Positions 15,448-17,387 of a stretch of 17,387 bases of DNA are shown one piece after another (positions within the stretch are counted from its first letter, which is position 1; each line of letters opens with the position of its first letter). The translations under genes were made by a program, and so were the position numbers. The DNA comes from Deltaproteobacteria bacterium TL4 (GTDB taxonomy: Bacteria; SAR324; NAC60-12). The notes beneath the pieces are model-generated. The model made no database searches. It worked only from the letters and a program-made list of their open reading frames with translations, and was not told where the DNA came from. The stretch is from contig JBBCAX010000438.1 in NCBI GenBank assembly GCA_051382335.1, positions 1-17,387 on the forward strand. The letters are read 5' to 3'.

Positions 15448-17387
15448 ATGCTTTCATTTCGTAAGAGATTTAAAAATCAGGCCATATGGATAGGAATACT
15501 GCTGATATTCGTCCTGCTGGATATGCCTATTCGTGCCGCCAACGAAAATTGTACCAGTGTGCAAAGCGGGACGCTTCTGGGAGATGGCACCAATGTTTAC
15601 AATGACGCTAACTGTGGTGATGCTGACGATAATTATATCATTGCGAGTGGTCATACTCTGACTTGGGATGGTACTGGCGGCCCTCTAACAAGAACCTTTA
15701 CCCTTCAAACCGGAGGAACTTTAAACATTACCGGTGCTGGTGGTTTGATTTCGGGAAATTTCACTTTTGCTGGAGGAACCCTGGATGTGGACCAAGGAGT
15801 AACGTTATCCGGCATTTTGGCTCATACCGCATCCTCTGTCATTGATATTGCGGATACAAAAACATTAAGCCTCAGCAATACGCTAACAGTTGTGTCACCT
15901 CTGACCATGACCTTAAATTCCTCAGGGATATTGGACCTTAATGGAGGATTAACGGTCAATGGCACATTAACTCCGAATTTAGCAACTGTTGATATCAGTG
16001 GAAGCACGTTAACCTTAGGGGCGTCTTTGAATATGACAGGCGCCACTTTGACAACGGCCTCAACGAATCTGACTTTAACCACAAACGCTACCTTAACTTC
16101 GGATCAAGCCCTGACCATTGCGACCCTGAATCTGGGGAATAGTACCTTAACCTTGGGTTCCACAACAACCGGCCTCACTATTGCTAATGAAGTTACCTTG
16201 GATAATGCGTCCGAAACAATTGCCTTCAACGCTGCGGCAGATGTCTCGTTTAATGGGGGATTAAAGCTCTCTTCAAATGGAACGTTTACCTTCAATGGTT
16301 CCTCTGGCGCAATTTCTGGAAATATCATCCTTGATAGTGGAACCTTGGATGTCGACGTCAACACCAGCATTTCAAATGCCATAACCCATACCGCTTCATC
16401 CTTTATCAATCTTGCGACAGGGACTACTCTGATCTATTCAGGAAACGCAATCACGCTAGGTGCCTTTACTCTAACCATACAAGGGGCAGGAGCCTTCAGC
16501 AATACGAATGCGATTACCCTGGATAATGCATCGAGTGAGTTGGAACTCGCTGGCACAGGTACCATTAATGTGGTTACCGTTTCAACTGGAATTTCAACGA
16601 TAGGTAAGGGTCTGGATGTGAACGACTCACTCACCATCACAACCTTGAATATGGGTGGAAGTCTTCCTATCGATGTTGATAATAATAAAACGTTGACGAT
16701 TGGCAGTGGTTTAACGGTTGATGCGACAGAAACCTTAATGCTCAGCGGAACAGGAACCCTGGCTTCCTCCGTTGTTTTAAATGCCGGTACCCTGGATGTA
16801 GAAAGTGACATCACTCTTTCAGGCAACCTCACTCATATAGCGGCTTCCAGCATCAGTATTGCGAGTACCAAAACTTTAACCTATTCCGGGGCCGCAGTGA
16901 ATGTTGGGGCTGCTACTTTGACTTTTTCAGGGGCTGGCGCCTTCAATAACACGAACGCGATCATCTTGAATGATGCCGCCAGTGAACTCCAACTCAATGG
17001 AGGCGGAACGCTCGGTGTGGTCACCGTCTCGACAGCGATCAGCGCCGCGGGTAAAGGTTTGGATGTGGACGAATCCCTGACCATCACGACTTTGAACCTC
17101 AGCGCGAGTCTGCCGATTGACGTGGCAAGTGGCAAAACCCTGACGGTTACCAGCGGCCTGAGCGTGGATAGTGGTGAGACCTTGAAGCTCAATGGCACCG
17201 GAACTCTGGCTTCAGCCGTTGTTCTAAACGCGGGAACTCTGGCTGTGGATGACAGCCTCAGTATCACAGGAAATATCACGCATACCGCGGCTTCCATTAT
17301 TGATATCGCGGATACCAAAACCCTAAGCTACTCCGGAAACGCTGTGAATCTTGGGGCCTTCACGCTAATGCTTCCAGGGGCAGGAAG
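15448..17387 (+). CDS. Large secreted T/S/G/L/N-rich repeat protein (beta-solenoid/autotransporter-passenger-like adhesin), 3' end beyond window
   Basis: Translated by hand: no stop from ATG 15448 to the window end (646+ codons). Signal peptide MLSFRKRFKNQAIWIGILLIFVLLDMPIRA-A, then repeated 'GGTLDVD', 'TLTL' and 'THTASS.I.IA..KTL.YSG' motifs. Absent from the ORF track, presumably because it has no stop in the window. Confidence 0.9.
   Translation, partial: MLSFRKRFKNQAIWIGILLIFVLLDMPIRAANENCTSVQSGTLLGDGTNVYNDANCGDADDNYIIASGHTLTWDGTGGPLTRTFTLQTGGTLNITGAGGLISGNFTFAGGTLDVDQGVTLSGILAHTASSVIDIADTKTLSLSNTLTVVSPLTMTLNSSGILDLNGGLTVNGTLTPNLATVDISGSTLTLGASLNMTGATLTTASTNLTLTTNATLTSDQALTIATLNLGNSTLTLGSTTTGLTIANEVTLDNASETIAFNAAADVSFNGGLKLSSNGTFTFNGSSGAISGNIILDSGTLDVDVNTSISNAITHTASSFINLATGTTLIYSGNAITLGAFTLTIQGAGAFSNTNAITLDNASSELELAGTGTINVVTVSTGISTIGKGLDVNDSLTITTLNMGGSLPIDVDNNKTLTIGSGLTVDATETLMLSGTGTLASSVVLNAGTLDVESDITLSGNLTHIAASSISIASTKTLTYSGAAVNVGAATLTFSGAGAFNNTNAIILNDAASELQLNGGGTLGVVTVSTAISAAGKGLDVDESLTITTLNLSASLPIDVASGKTLTVTSGLSVDSGETLKLNGTGTLASAVVLNAGTLAVDDSLSITGNITHTAASIIDIADTKTLSYSGNAVNLGAFTLMLPGAG
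16339..17387 (+). repeat. 447-bp (149-aa) coding tandem repeat, at least 2.3 copies
   Basis: GTL(D/A)V motif at 16339, 16786 and 17233; H(T/I)A motif at 16387, 16834 and 17281; spacing is exactly 447. A related longer unit (564 bp) starts at 15775. Confidence 0.9.

Noticed and set aside
15454..17318. Series of minus-strand ORFs of 66-145 aa that look like paralogous small genes
   Set aside because: Antisense shadows of the continuous plus-strand repeat gene; their mutual similarity reflects the 447-bp repeat.

Overview
Bacterial chromosomal window, mostly minus-strand. The gene set and the giant repeat protein suggest a deltaproteobacterial/SAR324-like organism, but this is an impression only. 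Left end (1-700): two GTAG-type REP-like inverted pairs and a possible MITE/IS terminus flank a small RelE/ParE-like ORF with a disrupted antitoxin-like ORF upstream. Then, on the minus strand: an NFACT (RqcH/FbpA-like) gene, a GldA/GldF/GldG-like ABC operon, a glnB-ptsP-holA operon with a sigma54 promoter and a likely enhancer site, and a tandem-domain cytidylyltransferase (degenerate domain plus RfaE2/HldC-like domain). A three-gene envelope operon follows: FecR-domain protein with a long acidic tail, Ig-like plus beta-barrel protein, and a lipoprotein. Divergent from it is a secreted beta-solenoid-like protein with 149-aa tandem repeats (15448 to beyond the window end), which the ORF track misses. 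The best candidate for an undescribed system is this envelope operon together with the giant protein. All family calls come from motif recognition by eye; no searches were run.
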